Positions 1-13,454 of a stretch of 64,000 nucleotides of DNA are shown one piece after another. Numbering within the stretch: the stretch's first letter is position 1; every line of letters starts with the position of its first letter. The notes under the pieces were generated by a model that had not been told where the DNA came from, did no database searches, and was given only the letters and a program-made list of their open reading frames with translations. The DNA is taken from positions 162,254,001 to 162,318,000 of the forward strand of contig OZ024740.1 of NCBI GenBank assembly GCA_964016885.1. Direction: 5' to 3'. This DNA comes from Eledone cirrhosa. Lineage: Eukaryota. Made by a program: the position numbers and the translations under genes.

Positions 1-105
1 GTATATTGTTTACGTACTACATTTGCCAAAACTAACCGGATTACAAGAGGTAGGAATATGAATATGTCGAGACGACGAAAGAACCTTATTTCATACATAC
101 GTCAG

Positions 106-161
<56 letters not shown>

Positions 162-164
162 TCA

Positions 165-226
<62 letters not shown>

Positions 227-238
227 AATATATTTATA

Positions 239-362
239 TATTTAATATAGAAATGGCTTCTACAGGACTGGAACTGTTTCATTCGAAGGAAATCATCAGA
301 AATGATGATTTCTCTCGAATGAAACAGTTCCAGTCCTGTAGAAGCCATTTCTATATTAAATA
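239..362. repeat. Palindrome (about 60-bp arms) of a hammerhead-bearing element end, truncated at the core
   Basis: tttaatatagaaatggcttctacaggactggaactgtttcattcga (241-286) is the reverse complement of 315-360. The minus arm reads CTGATGA-tttccttcgaat-GAAA-cagttccag-TC. Confidence 0.8.
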
Positions 363-423
363 TTTATACTCTGCTATGTATTGAGTACCTTACTTACTGT
401 GGTTACCCCCGCTTGAACTCGGG

Positions 424-510
<87 letters not shown>

Positions 511-650
511 CATACATGCGTGTGTCTATGTGTACATACACACTCACACACACACGCACGCATGCGTGCACACACACACACTATATTAAATATTTATACT
601 CTGCTATGTATTGAGTACCTTACTTACTGTGGTTACCCCCGCTTGAACCC

Positions 651-714
<64 letters not shown>

Positions 715-763
715 CGTGTGCCTATGTGTACATACACACTCACACACACACGCATGCATGCGT

Positions 764-805
<42 letters not shown>

Positions 806-810
806 CTATA
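351..810 (+). repeat. Tandem duplication of an approximately 230-bp unit containing (CA)n/(TA)n
   Basis: ctatattaaatatttatactctgctatgtattgagtacc... occurs at 351 and again at 581, each followed by the same compound microsatellite. Confidence 0.9.
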
Positions 811-1129
811 TATATATTAAAGGATTAATCAAAGTTACTCTTGCAGAAAGCAACACAAGTCGAATCATATGAGAAGGTCCCTTTCTCTCTCAATGACACA
901 GGAAAAATGAATCCATTGTATCAGCTTGGCAACTCAGTAGGTTTAGAAGGAAATGAGCGTGAACAGTCCGTGTGTATGCCCTATACACATATATCATTTC
1001 ATCTTTTTGTTTTTAGGATTTTTGATATTTCTTATATTAGTTCTTTATGAATAGTTTGGAACAATAGCCTTCTTAAATTTATATTATTAACATTTCGAGG
1101 TCTTCATAGCCTCATTTACAGGTTAGAAT

Positions 1130-1800
1130 GATTGTATTATGTCTATATCATTCACATCCTTAGTATTGGTCATAGAGAATCATATGATTACTAATGACAT
1201 TATGGAGACCGGCTTTATAGATTATTCAATCGTTAAAGCCTGGTATAGTTTTAAAGTTAATTTTGGTATTAGTAAATCCTCTATAGTTACCCGTCTCTTC
1301 TATATGTTATCAACTAGTTTTCTATCTAATTTTATTGCATGCACTCTGTGATTATGATTTTGCGCTGGCTCCTTGTTGTGAATGTAACATTTTGAGTCGT
1401 GATGTTTAAAACTTTCATATTTACGTATATTATTTTGGTCATCTGAAGTACTTTCTGTAGTTTACCAGTTTGTGGTTTCTCTTTGAGGTGGAGGTTTTTT
1501 CATTTTGGTATTTTTGTAAAATATTCTAACTATGAGTTTCTTGTTAGGAATAATACATATAGTGTTTTGTTTTATGACATATCCATTCTATAAGTAACAT
1601 GCATTTGATTCCTGTGAGTTAGTGCAATCTTACCCGGCGCTACATCTATAATACCAATGTAAATTTATTATCATATAATTCTACGGTTTAGTCTACAAAT
1701 GAATACCAGTTTTAACTAATGTTTTTATTACAAGTGAGAGTTGCTTACCTAAAGCTTCTCTAGAGGACGAACATTTTGAAGTTTGACTTCAAAATAGGCA
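1130..1800 (-). pseudogene. Possible highly decayed Penelope-like RT remnant
   Basis: Only short minus-strand peptide traces (..IKCMLL..NGY..) resembling the PLE RT thumb; there is no ORF. Confidence 0.25.
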
Positions 1801-3199
1801 TTTATATTTGCGTTTTGCATGTGCTATATCTGTTACCTCTTTTCCTGGTGATGTGTGAATTGACATATACACCCACAACACGAACTATGCAAGCAGGGCT
1901 TATAGAAGAGAAAAATGTTTAAGTTGGTAACCGAAAAGCCAAGGAGAGCACCAAATCCCTAACCCTCTTTGAACTTTTAGTGGTGTTCGCCACCCGTTCG
2001 GTGCGCAAAAGCATTCATGTTCCGCTATGTAAAATTTCTGTCGGAATCTCTATATGTAAAGTATTTAAATATTGAATGTCAGTGAATTAAAATATTTCCT
2101 TTTTTCGCGTAGATAAACTATTTATAAGTGCTTCATCAGTTTTAGGTTTAACCTATGTTTAATAATATAAATTATGAATATTTTTTTAAATATACCATGA
2201 ATGCATTTTCTTTTGTAGAATTCTAGACGTATGTGTGAGTGTTTATTGAGCTGGGATATAATACATTTGTTTATGTATTATATACATATTTGCTATATAG
2301 CATCCATGCATATATATTTACATATGCTCGGAACCGTTATCATAAAAAAACGACGATGTAAAAGAATTCTACTGAAATCTGAGAATACTTTCATATACTT
2401 GTGTTCAAATCCTTGTAAGAAACGGCAAAGTGACTCAACGGACATAGTTTTATTGGGACTCCACCATAAACAAATAAAATAAAATAAATCCTGATTTGCT
2501 CGGGAATTTCTGATAGCTGTTCTATTCTGTATCGAGTTGATATTTTAGGATTGCGTCTTGGTGGGCTTGACTTTTCACTTCACGTACAGAAAATACTTCA
2601 ATTCTGTATACCTACTGAGTAACCACAATCACAAATAACAACCGCATTCAAGTACTGCTCACATGCATTTGAAATTGCAGGAGAAATATTGGTTTCATCT
2701 AAAAACGATCACATCCAAAATGAGGAATCCGTTTGACTGCATACATCACCCTTACCCCCAATATGCTGAAACCATTCAGCTGGAGAAAATAGAGTTTCAC
2801 TAGTCTTGTCAAAGATCTCTATTTTAATAAAAGGTGAAAATGTGGTCTTGTATCAATCATGTACTCCGCAATAACATTTGTAAAGCAAGAGAAGTAAAAT
2901 GACTTCAAGCGTAAATATATTTGTAATACGATATCTGTCCGTTCCCTGACTGTCGAGAATTATATATTCCTCTAAAACATACTCTATCACTAACGATGTA
3001 ACAATTAAGAAACACATTAATTTACTGAAAGTGTATCGCTGAAAAGTATATTCATATAATTTTTCTCAAATACTGAGAGATATTTGCTCGTTTAGCGTAT
3101 TTGATAACCCATGTGATTCATTAAATGATCTGCGCCTAGGGTAACATTTTCTACAATGTCTCAATTAATCAGACTGTCAAACCTAAGTTGTAAATGCTT

Positions 3200-3432
3200 A
3201 TCTGGCAGAATTATTAGAGCATTGGATAACATACTTTGTTTGGTTACGGCTCTTTACGTCCTGTGTTCAAATCCCACCAAGGTTAGCTTTGCCTTTCCTC
3301 CTTACGGGGTCGATAAAATAAAGTACCAGTAACTGATTTGAGTCGATTTATAAAGTATCAGTCAAGTTCTGGGGTTAAGGTAATCGACTTCCATGAAATT
3401 GCTGGCTTTGTGTCTAAATTGGAAATCATTGT
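3200..3432 (+). mobile_element. tRNA-derived SINE (octopus OR-type family)
   Basis: B-box-like gttcaaatccc followed by the core ctttgcctttc..cttacggggtcgataaaataaagtaccagt, which recurs many times in the window. Confidence 0.8.
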
Positions 3433-3830
3433 TATCGGACGAGTCTGAAAGAAGTACCTAAGTAAATGACCTTCGCATCCCTCTAAGTTCAGTAAAATCA
3501 ACACGATTAATGATCTTCGACAGATACAAGAAAAGCATGGGCAAGGGGGAAATCCCAGTAGGCTGAGGTCTTGGCAGGAAAGAGCTGGGCATAATGATTA
3601 GTACAAGGTTTCTTTGGTGAAATACAATAGGGACGATGTAAAGATGTGTGATGAGCATCGACTGGTATACAGCTTACTAGTTGAGGAGAATTAAGACAAA
3701 ACGGCTATGACTATCTTTTCTGTTGGTATATTTGAGGCAACGTTAAACACTTCGTTCAAGCCGCTGCCGACCAGCGTGTTTGTGTGTGCATTTCATACAA
3801 TTACCTGTATACATACGTATATATATACAC

Positions 3831-3902
<72 letters not shown>

Positions 3903-3936
3903 GGATTTAAATGGATACAGTTCAGTTAAAAGGAAT

Positions 3937-4057
3937 TTATTGACACGTGTTTCAATAACAGTTACATAACCTGAAAACAGCTGCTAGCTACAACGTATTA
4001 GTTATGCAGACATTCAATATTTCAATGTTATTATCAACTGTCATTTCATCAGAATAA
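3937..4057 (-). ncRNA. Type I hammerhead ribozyme (candidate, canonical core)
   Basis: Minus strand: ttatt-CTGATGA-aatgacagtt..(72 nt)..aactgttatt-GAAA-cacgtg-TC-aataa. Stem I is 5 bp, stem II is 10 bp, helix III is palindromic and the cleavage triplet is GUC. Confidence 0.8.
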
Positions 4058-4076
4058 TTTTATTGAGAACCTGTTT

Positions 4077-4130
<54 letters not shown>

Positions 4131-4179
4131 CATATATATATATAGAGAGAGAGAGAGTGTGTGTATATATGTATATATT

Positions 4180-4237
<58 letters not shown>

Positions 4238-4977
4238 CATTGGTGCAGTCTCGGTTATACTACACAGAATACTACTCAGAGCGAAAGCTCTTGATATATG
4301 CGTTTCCTTGTGGTTCTTTGGATGGTATATAAGCCTTCTGATGAAGGCCCAACTAAGTTAAAAAATCGATTAGTTATTTATCATTTTTTCAATTGACAGG
4401 GAAATTCGTATTTTCTGGCATGTTTACATGTCTACACATTAAAAATGTGGATATTTATAGACACATTGGTCCAGTGACATTATATATACAGATATAACTT
4501 TATCGTACACTTCAGCAGCTTAGCGCACATCTTGATATATATATATATATATGTATTTATATATGTATATATGCATGTGTATTTGGAAATATGTAACTGT
4601 ATATATGTATATGTGCGTGTGTGTTCCTTTGTTGTTGAAACTGGAACTATAAAAATAAGTAGCTTCTAAAACTTATTCTTCAAGTGAAGAATACAAAACA
4701 ATGGGGCAGGTTAAGGAGGGCGTAGGGTGATAAACAGATCTAGAAGATTCTTCAAGATAGAAATATTAATCCTTAACCTTTCAGTAAGATGGCGTTGCTA
4801 TTTTAACATTTCCTGTCAAAAGTTGTGGCTGTTTTTCTGACCCCCACTTTCTCACCCCCATTTCTCTCTATATATATGTGTGTGTGCGTTTGTTTGTATG
4901 TATCTATGTATGTTTGTATGAATGCGTGTATATGTGGGAGGGGTGTATTTTATATATATATATAAAATACACCCTTC

Positions 4978-5051
<74 letters not shown>

Positions 5052-5695
5052 TTGTACACACAGAAACATATATATGTGTGTGCGCTTGTATGTATATTTT
5101 TATCTCCCTTCTTTTAAACAAAATCCCCGCTAGGTGAGGTGATTTGTAAGGATTTTGTGACAAGTGCCAAATTCCAGCTGTAACCATAATGGTTGAGTCA
5201 CCTGACTTAAAAATCTTTCGAATATGTTACTTCAGCTGTACATCATTACGAAGCAGATCTCATAGCATATGGGCCGAGTTAAACACCAGTCATCAAGTGG
5301 GATTCTTCTTATCTTCTATTATAATTCCATTGACACCCAGGATTTATTAAAGTCGGTTTCAGTATTTCACTAATACTGTATTTTATCGAATCCGGAAGGA
5401 TGAAAAGAAATGTTGAAATCAGAACATAAAGGCACGTAACTAAATACTGCAAAATATTTTGTCTAATGCTTTACTGATTTCACGAGTCTAGTACAGCATA
5501 AATAATATGTAATTAAAAGGTCGGAATCTTATTATGCTCAGACACTACCAAGCTGGTGGCTTCCTACCACTTTTAGGATTGGTTCCACTTGTTTGTTTCT
5601 TTCTTTATACAAAATTCCAAACACGTTTCAAGATATCATACTGTTTTCAAAATTCGCCCCCCCCCCCCACTCTCTAATTCTTTCTCTCTCTCTCA

Positions 5696-6088
<393 letters not shown>

Positions 6089-6091
<3 letters not shown>

Positions 6092-6262
6092 ATAATAAGA
6101 AACATGAATTTGACATTACAGTTAGAGGATCAACATTTATCATGCAATTGACACGTGTTTCGCTATCTTACAAATGAACAAGATCTAGAAAAGCTAATCC
6201 CAATAGATTTATTGGAGAATTCAATTCCCACTACTTTGTATCATCTTGTAATTTAGCCGGTC
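6089..6262 (-). mobile_element. Degenerate hammerhead-type element end next to (TA)n
   Basis: Minus strand: gcta..ttacaa....ttgtaa..tagc-GAAA-cacgtg-TC. The CTGATGA half of the core is not recognisable. Confidence 0.5.
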
Positions 6263-6573
6263 GGATAAAAACAATTAATAACCCTTTTGTTTGCGCTGTT
6301 GTGGTCAAGAAAGAAAGCTTTATTATTAATATTAGTATCAGTAGCCTTATTTTTATTGCTTGATGTCACCGCATCACCAAGCACAGCTCCGTGTGTCTTG
6401 GGTATGTACAATTTTGTTTCTATTGAATTGAGAATGCTCTTCGTAACCTGTGAGCTGTGCCTAGTAGTTGTATTTTCTGTAAGGTGTATATATTTATAAG
6501 TCCTTGTGGTTTCGATTATGAAACTGTTTATGTGTTTTTATCACTCCCAGAACACTTATTGGTATTACTGTTG

Positions 6574-6785
6574 ATTGGCAATATCGGTAGAGCATAGGAC
6601 AACATGTTTGCGGTCTATAGTTACGTCCCTTTACACTCTGAGTTAAAATCACAGCGAGGTTAGCTTTGCCTTTCCTCCTTACGAGATCGATACTATAATG
6701 CACCAGTAACTCATCTGGGTCAATTTAATCGCCCCCCGCCCCCCAAAAAACTGTTGCCCTTTTGCCTAAACCAGAAATTCTTATT
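6574..6785 (+). mobile_element. tRNA-derived SINE (same family as 3200)
   Basis: ttggcaatatcggtagagc..ctgagttaaaatc..gaggttagctttgcctttcctccttacg core. Confidence 0.8.
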
Positions 6786-6914
6786 GGCTCTTGGTTTTTG
6801 CAGACGTGGTATTTTAGGCTCCCATAAGTTTGTTGTTTTTACATATTTAAATCATTGTTTTATTACATTTTATTTTTTGTTATAAAGGAGACATAAGTCA
6901 CCAGTCTTTGCTCT

Positions 6915-7143
6915 CAAGAAGGGAGATATTAAGAGGCATCGCATGCGAACTTGGCTATAGGAGATCCGTGTCAGCATATGTCAATGACGTCACCGTAGTG
7001 GTGTTTAGCTGCACCGTTCTCGCGGGATACGAAACAATAACAGGAGCTAAGCAAAAAATTACCTGAAGTCAGTGGGCCTGCGGCTCGGCCCCTGGAGAGG
7101 CAAGACCGTGGTCGGCCGCTGGACGTATACGCCGGTTAAATTC
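6915..7143 (+). pseudogene. Tx1/L1-like RT fragment
   Basis: Translates to GIACELGYRRSVSAYVNDVTV..KSVGLRLGPWRG, homologous to SAYADDVTV..KSVGLQLGTWRG of the element at 26428-30961. Confidence 0.75.
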
Positions 7144-7314
7144 TTCTTCTTCTTCTTCTATCCCTAGCTGGCGATAGGGGTAACCTCCCTCTCAACCAAT
7201 ACGCTGCTGTGGGTGCCATTAGATTATCTAGTACATTGGTTACTGTATTATAATATATTATTTACAATTAACCATAATACACATTTTCATACCGCAATAC
7301 GTAATTACATTATA

Positions 7315-7409
7315 GATAATCAGCCGATGGTTAATCGGTATCGGCTGATTACGCAGGGCTGATTAATCGACAATCGGTAAATAGTAACTTGCTTATCGGT
7401 GCATCCCTA
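7315..7409. mobile_element. hAT-like MITE end
   Basis: Repeated aatcgg/ccgat motifs ending in atcggtgcatcccta, a TAGGGATGCACCGAT-type terminus. No partner TIR was seen. Confidence 0.4.
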
Positions 7410-7794
7410 TTACGTACATCTCATTGTTGTGTCCCTATTACGTACATCTCGTTGTGTCTCATTCTAAACTGAACTTCTTGACTCACAACTCAGTGCATAT
7501 TTTATATACCTTTGTCTGGATGAATGACGGCACATATGACCTTTTTTAGACCCTTCAAGTCAGGTCAAATCAATACTGTTTATGTTCAACTGGAACATGG
7601 TTTAGCCTTTTTATCTTACTTTCCAACATTCTGCATGTTGTTTTTTTCCAACCTTTCTTTACGAATATCTAACCTTTTGCATAGAAAAAGGCAAACGGAA
7701 CTTCTTCCTTGAGAACAGCCCATCAATTACGCTGCTTTGGTTCATGGCATATAATCTGAAAACCAGAAAGGCATTTTCTGTTGAACAAAATAAA

Positions 7795-7904
<110 letters not shown>

Positions 7905-7915
7905 CAATAATAATA

Positions 7916-7978
<63 letters not shown>

Positions 7979-8561
7979 GAAGAAAGAAACAGAAGCAACA
8001 ACAAAAAATTCCTCTCGAAAATAGTTCGCATAAGTGTTTATTTTTACCTGCCACTAAGCATAGAAGTTACAGAAAACCAAGCGTACAATTTTACATGTAC
8101 ATATGCGTTTCATGTATCGTGCATATGTGTTATATGTAACATTGCACGTATATGTAACATACACCATTACAAGCACAAATATGAATATAAACAGTGTGCA
8201 GGATATGATATTTGATATTTGATATTTGATATTATAAGCATACGCTATATCAATATCTACCGTTATATGCGCACACATACACACACCTACGTTCTGTGTG
8301 TATATATGTAGGTGTGTGCGCGTGTGCTCTTGTGTGTGTATGTACGCATGAATGTGTATGAGTGTTTGGGCATGTGAAATCGCATGAACACTCATTTGTT
8401 CATATCATATGTTTTGTTATACTACTGATTCTATATTGTCATATGTATACCATTCTCTGTTATTCAATGCTCTTAATATTAATGTTCATGAGTGTGTGTG
8501 ATTATGTATGCGTGTGCGTGTGATTATATGTTTGTATGTGTGCATATGTGCGTGTGTGCAT

Positions 8562-8644
<83 letters not shown>

Positions 8645-8706
8645 TAGCGGAAGGCTGTCAAATGTCTTTCATAAACATCCTGTATATAACACATACACAT
8701 ATGTGT

Positions 8707-9118
8707 ATGAGGTACACTCAAGAGGTTTTGAGACTTTTATCAGATTTATTTAATTCAGACCAACACACAATCCTAGTCTCCCCAAAGTAGGATCCTCCAC
8801 ATTCAATGCACTTGTAGAGCTAAAGTCATTTCTGGAAGGCCCTCTTGTAGTCCTCCAATCTGAAGGTGTCCAGGGCGTTTGTCACAGCCTCCTTCATATT
8901 CTCCACATCCGCAAAGCGGAAACATCTAGTAGTCGCATGGGGCTAAGTCTGGACTGTAGCAAGGATGAGAGACAGTCTTGATCCACATATCGACCAAGTA
9001 GCTGGTCATCAGGATGAAATTGTGGCAGAGGGCTTGTCCCGGTGCAGGTACCACTGACCCGGTATGAAGAGCTCTGGTCTCCTGCGACGAAATCTCTTTC
9101 TGAATTGTCTCAAAACCT

Positions 9119-9120
<2 letters not shown>
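8707..9120 (-). mobile_element. mariner transposon 3' fragment
   Basis: Minus-strand peptides [22 protein letters not shown] and HPCYSPDLAPCDY (mariner YSPDLAP motif). Truncated at (CA)n. Confidence 0.85.
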
Positions 9121-9180
<60 letters not shown>

Positions 9181-9261
9181 GCACGCACACGCACACACAC
9201 GCACACACACACACACGCACGCACACGCACGCGCGCGCACACACGCGCACACGCACACACA

Positions 9262-9336
<75 letters not shown>

Positions 9337-9426
9337 GCAAAAGTTATATTTAATTTGTTGGGATTCAACAAGCTTAAAAGTTTTATAACTGATATAAAGC
9401 ACTCAACAAATTACTGGAGTAAATAT

Positions 9427-9593
9427 TCAATATATTAATAAATGGAAATTATATTTATAAAACTATAATTATTTTATTATATATATTTCAAGGGCAACCA
9501 AGGCAGTTTTGGTTGCCCTTGGTTGCCCTTGAAACATATATAATAAAATAATTATGGTTTTATAAATATAGTTTCCATTTCATTAATATATTG

Positions 9594-9594
<1 letters not shown>
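9427..9594. repeat. Palindrome centred on a hammerhead stem II-like hairpin
   Basis: Arms are tcaatatattaat..tttcaagggcaacca and tggttgcccttgaaa..attaatatattga. Each arm reads stem-GAAA-(t/c)atata-TA. It abuts (TA)n at 9596. Confidence 0.8.
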
Positions 9595-9658
<64 letters not shown>

Positions 9659-9893
9659 CCAAAGATTAATATGGTTCGTTGATTATTCAACGAATACAAT
9701 TTTACAATAGATTAGAAGCACTCGACAAAGATTTTCCTGGAGGATTTAATATTATTCAAAATATTAATAAATGAAAAATATTCTCATAGTCAAAATATAA
9801 GATTTGATATGCTACATACCGCTACGGTTTTGATTATTCAATTCCAGTATTGGCAGTGATTTGTTTCACCAACTCTCAACGTTTTATACCACA

Positions 9894-9975
<82 letters not shown>

Positions 9976-10227
9976 ACAAATTAACGGAGGCATAGGCCCT
10001 CGCTATTCCCTGGAAATAATGTGCTCAAAGGAGAGGAAATCCTGAGCTCTTTAAAATACAATATGTTGAAAAGGTAACACACCAGAGAGAGATATACAGT
10101 GCGCTATCAATAAAACAGGGGAAAAAACCACCAGTGTATGGAATCTATAACCTATGAAAGGCAGACTATAGACACGATAATTAAAAATATAAATTAAAGC
10201 GTAAATAAATACCTCTATAACTATATA

Positions 10228-10321
10228 ACACACGTACAAATCCAAAGATACTAATCCAAAGATATGTTTCCCCAGTAATTTATTGAAAGAAATGGGTTAG
10301 CCTCGGTTCATCAGCGCGTGT
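10228..10321 (-). ncRNA. Type I hammerhead ribozyme candidate (irregular stem II, enlarged loop III)
   Basis: Minus strand: acacgcg-CTGATGA-a..ccca..tggg-GAAA-ca..(duplicated atctttggatt)..tg-TA-cgtgtgt. Stem I is 7 bp with one G-U pair. Confidence 0.55.
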
Positions 10322-10439
10322 AAGGCTATACATTTCAGACAACACTAAGAGAATTTTAAAAGTGGCTGTCCAGCTACACGTGGGAGAGAGAAGTCACAGC
10401 GTGTTTAAGAGTAGTGAACCAGTGGCCTCTGAGGGACGA

Positions 10440-10915
10440 ACTGCTAGAAGATATTTGGTAGGGAGTTCTTGTTCCTGTATTGCATAGAGATATCCCTCAC
10501 GGTGTGATGTCATAAACTTGTCGGAACTCCTGTGTTTTACGTCTCAAGTATCCATGCACAACTTTTTCTGTAAATTGGTCAATTGTTTCATCTTGTTTGA
10601 ACATTGAATAGGATCTTCCGATTTCTCTGGGAGAGAATTTATATCAGGCTTTATTCCATATCTCTCCTCCAGATCAGTCGCTATTCTAATGATATTTTTT
10701 TTTTTTCATGCTCATAAACCTGGGCAAGATGGTTGCCAACCTTTTTCCTCTGTTGAAGGTGTTGCATCAGTGTTACTATCCGGGTCTCATATGTTGTTAA
10801 TATGGATTTTAGACCCCGTCCACCTTCCTTGCGTGAGAAGTATAGCTTATCCACATCACCATTGATGTTAAAGTTCCCAGTAACACTGATGTATGTATGT
10901 ATTTAAGTATGTACG

Positions 10916-10949
<34 letters not shown>

Positions 10950-11400
10950 TGTATGTATTTACGTATGTACGTATGTATGTATGCATACATGTATGTTATC
11001 TCTTTCTCGTAATTTCGAGTATATTTTTTTGCCCGGCCACCTTCCTGGTGGCAAGGTTTTAAAAGAAATGATATTGTCATCCATTGAATCGCAAGAATGT
11101 TTTGCAAATTTTGAAAGTGCCAGCTATCGCAGCCATTTATAGACTATGAATTAGGGAGCTGCGCTTTTTGTCCACAAATCCAAGTTCAGTCATACTTTGG
11201 TCCAAGCGGGTTGGTATATAACCCGTAGCTCTAATAATGATGGGTATGAAGCTAAAGGTGTATCTTGGATACTGGATTTGTAAACTCCTCATCAATGGTC
11301 CGTAGATGTCCTCCTTCTCCTGTATTTTTTTGACAACGTTTACATCAAGTGGGCAGCTGATCTCCACAACAGAACACGTTTTCAATGTGTGGTCTCAAAT
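10440..11400 (-). mobile_element. Two R4/Dong-like non-LTR fragments (family B) separated by (TATG)n
   Basis: Near-identical to parts of 22090-23950. ORF 11137..11385 KTCSVVEISCPLDVNVVKKIQEKEDIYGPL is the C-terminus of the restriction-like endonuclease. Confidence 0.85.
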
Positions 11401-11477
11401 GTATGCATGTATGTATGTATGTATGTATGTATGTATGTATGTATGTATGTATGTATGTATGTATGTATGTATGTATG

Positions 11478-11511
<34 letters not shown>

Positions 11512-11528
11512 TGTATGTATGTATGTAT

Positions 11529-12714
11529 CTCATGGTCGGGTCGTTGGCGACTAAACTGGCAACCCCACCAAGGTTTCTTGGTGAGGAGGGTGGCTATGGA
11601 CATCCTGCAGGACTAAAAACAAAACCTGTCAAAAGGCAAAGGGGCTCTTAAGAGTCAATAGCCATCCAAAATCACCGGGAGAGATGACCCCTTAGCCTTT
11701 GTCAAGGCAGAATTCTAGGAGAAGGAAAACTCTGATATAACACCTGCAACCCTGATGGTATCCAATGATGTTGAATTGTTCTTCTTTTTGGTAAATATCA
11801 TCTTGGTTAAGAGAGTGGGACTGGCTTTGTGCAGTGCCTTTGCTCACTATAAAAGCTTCACAGCACAGGCATTGCTTTAAATCTGGAGATCTCTCTGCAC
11901 TTGTCGTCACATGGTACCATGGGCCCAGTACTATGTGTCAATAATTGTCACAAGTGTAGTGTTTGTACCAGAGTTTTCAAGTCGCTGGCCGGACTAAAAA
12001 GTCACACTCGTTCAGCCCATCTGTAGGGGTTCTCCTACATGGATATAAAGTAGTGGCCATACTCGAAAACGAGTTGGCGGCCACCATGTATGTATGTATG
12101 TGTGTCAGGTCACCAGTTGGTGCTACTGGTAACATGTATCCCAGTACAACCTGTCTCATGCTCGGGTCTTTAGCGACTAAACTGGCAACCCCACCAAGGT
12201 TTCTTGGTGAGGAGGGTGGCTTTGGACATCCTGCAGGACTAAAAACAAAACCTGTCAAAAGGCAAAGGGGCTCTTAAGAGTCAATAGCCATCCAAAATCA
12301 CCGGGAGAGATGACCCCTTAGCCTTTGTCAAGGCAGAATTCTAGGAGAAGGAAAACTGTGATATAACACCTGCAACCCTGATGGTATCCAATGATGTTGA
12401 ATTGTTCTTCTTTTTGGTAAATATCATCTTGGTTAAGAGAGTGGGACTGGCTTTGTGCAGTGCCTTTGCTCACTATAAAAGCTTCACAGCACAGGCATTG
12501 CTTTATATCTGGAGATCTCTCTGCACTTGTCGTCACATGGTACCATGGGCCCAGCACTATGTGTCAATAATTGTCACAAGTGTAGTGTTTGTACCAGAGT
12601 TTTCAAGTCGCTGGCTGAACTAAAAAGTCACATTCGTTCAGCGCATTGGTAGGGGTTCTCCTACATGGATATAAAGTAGTGGCCGTACTCGAAAACGAGT
12701 TGGCAGCCACCATG
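11529..12714 (+). mobile_element. Two tandem copies of an approximately 610-bp RTE-derived non-autonomous element with (TATG)n tails
   Basis: 11529-12088 (5'-truncated) and 12103-12714 are highly similar. Both contain ggagaaggaaaact and end in ggcc(a/g)tactcgaaaacgagttggc..ccaccat, like the RTE 3' end at 18680-18712. Confidence 0.8.
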
Positions 12715-12795
12715 TATGTATGTATGTAGTCATGTCTGTCTGTCAGTATGACTGTAGGTTTGTATAAATGTATGTCTGTGTGTATGTATGTATGT

Positions 12796-12810
12796 ATATG
12801 TCAGGTCACC
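12796..12810 (+). repeat. Left target-site duplication of the RTE insertion (15 bp)
   Basis: atatgtcaggtcacc, identical to 18711-18725. Confidence 0.85.
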
Positions 12811-13454
12811 CATGTGTTAAAATCCCTACCCACTCTAGCATTAAAGTCACCAAGCGCGATGACTTTGTCTGCCTGAGGGATATTTCTTAGAACACCTTTC
12901 AAGGCATGGTAAAAGGACAGTTTTTCTTCATCGACAGAATTCATAGTTGGAGCATACACACTCACCAGGGTAGCATATCTTCCCTTGTCCAGCGGAACTC
13001 TCATGGACATAAGACGCTCACTAATCCCTACTGGGAATTCTTCTAATTTATTCACCAGCACAGTCTTAACAGCAAATCCCACCCCAGCCTCTCTTCTGGT
13101 GCCTTCATCTCTTCCTTTCCAGAAGAATGTATATTCTCCACAAAATTCCGTAAGATGACCATCTCCAGCTAACCTCGTCTCAGATAAAGCCACGATGTCA
13201 AGATCGTAACGTCGAAGCTCCTTTGCAACAAGAGCGGTCCTTCGTTCAGGACGCTCCAAAGAATCCCTGTCAAGCAGCGTCCGTACGTTCCAGCAGCCAA
13301 GACTAAATGCCCTGTTTGGCTCTATTACAATGGCACGATGACGGGCGGGCCCAGGTTGTGATAACTTGGGGCCCCTGCCCTTATTGCCAATGATCTTTTT
13401 TGTTCCAGAACCCAAATTGGCAATTATCTCGTTTACATTGTTCTGGAACATCAT
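12810..13454 (-). pseudogene. Inverted 5' part of the RTE ORF: AP-endonuclease N-terminal half
   Basis: CWNVRTLLD..RRTALVAKEL..DIVALSETRL..SVYAPT..LGDFNARVG..DFNTW. It joins in frame to WNVIGRHG at 15036. Confidence 0.92.

Noticed and set aside
2600-2900. Possible very old mariner trace (GDEKWVLY-like)
   Set aside because: A single degenerate motif, with no TIRs or ORF.
4330-4420. CTGATGA ... GAAA on the + strand as another hammerhead
   Set aside because: Stems I and III do not pair convincingly.
8722-9120. ggttttgagac / gtctcaaaacc as TIR pair of a small MITE
   Set aside because: The right-hand match lies within transposase coding sequence (VLRQF) at a (CA)n truncation, so it is likely coincidental.
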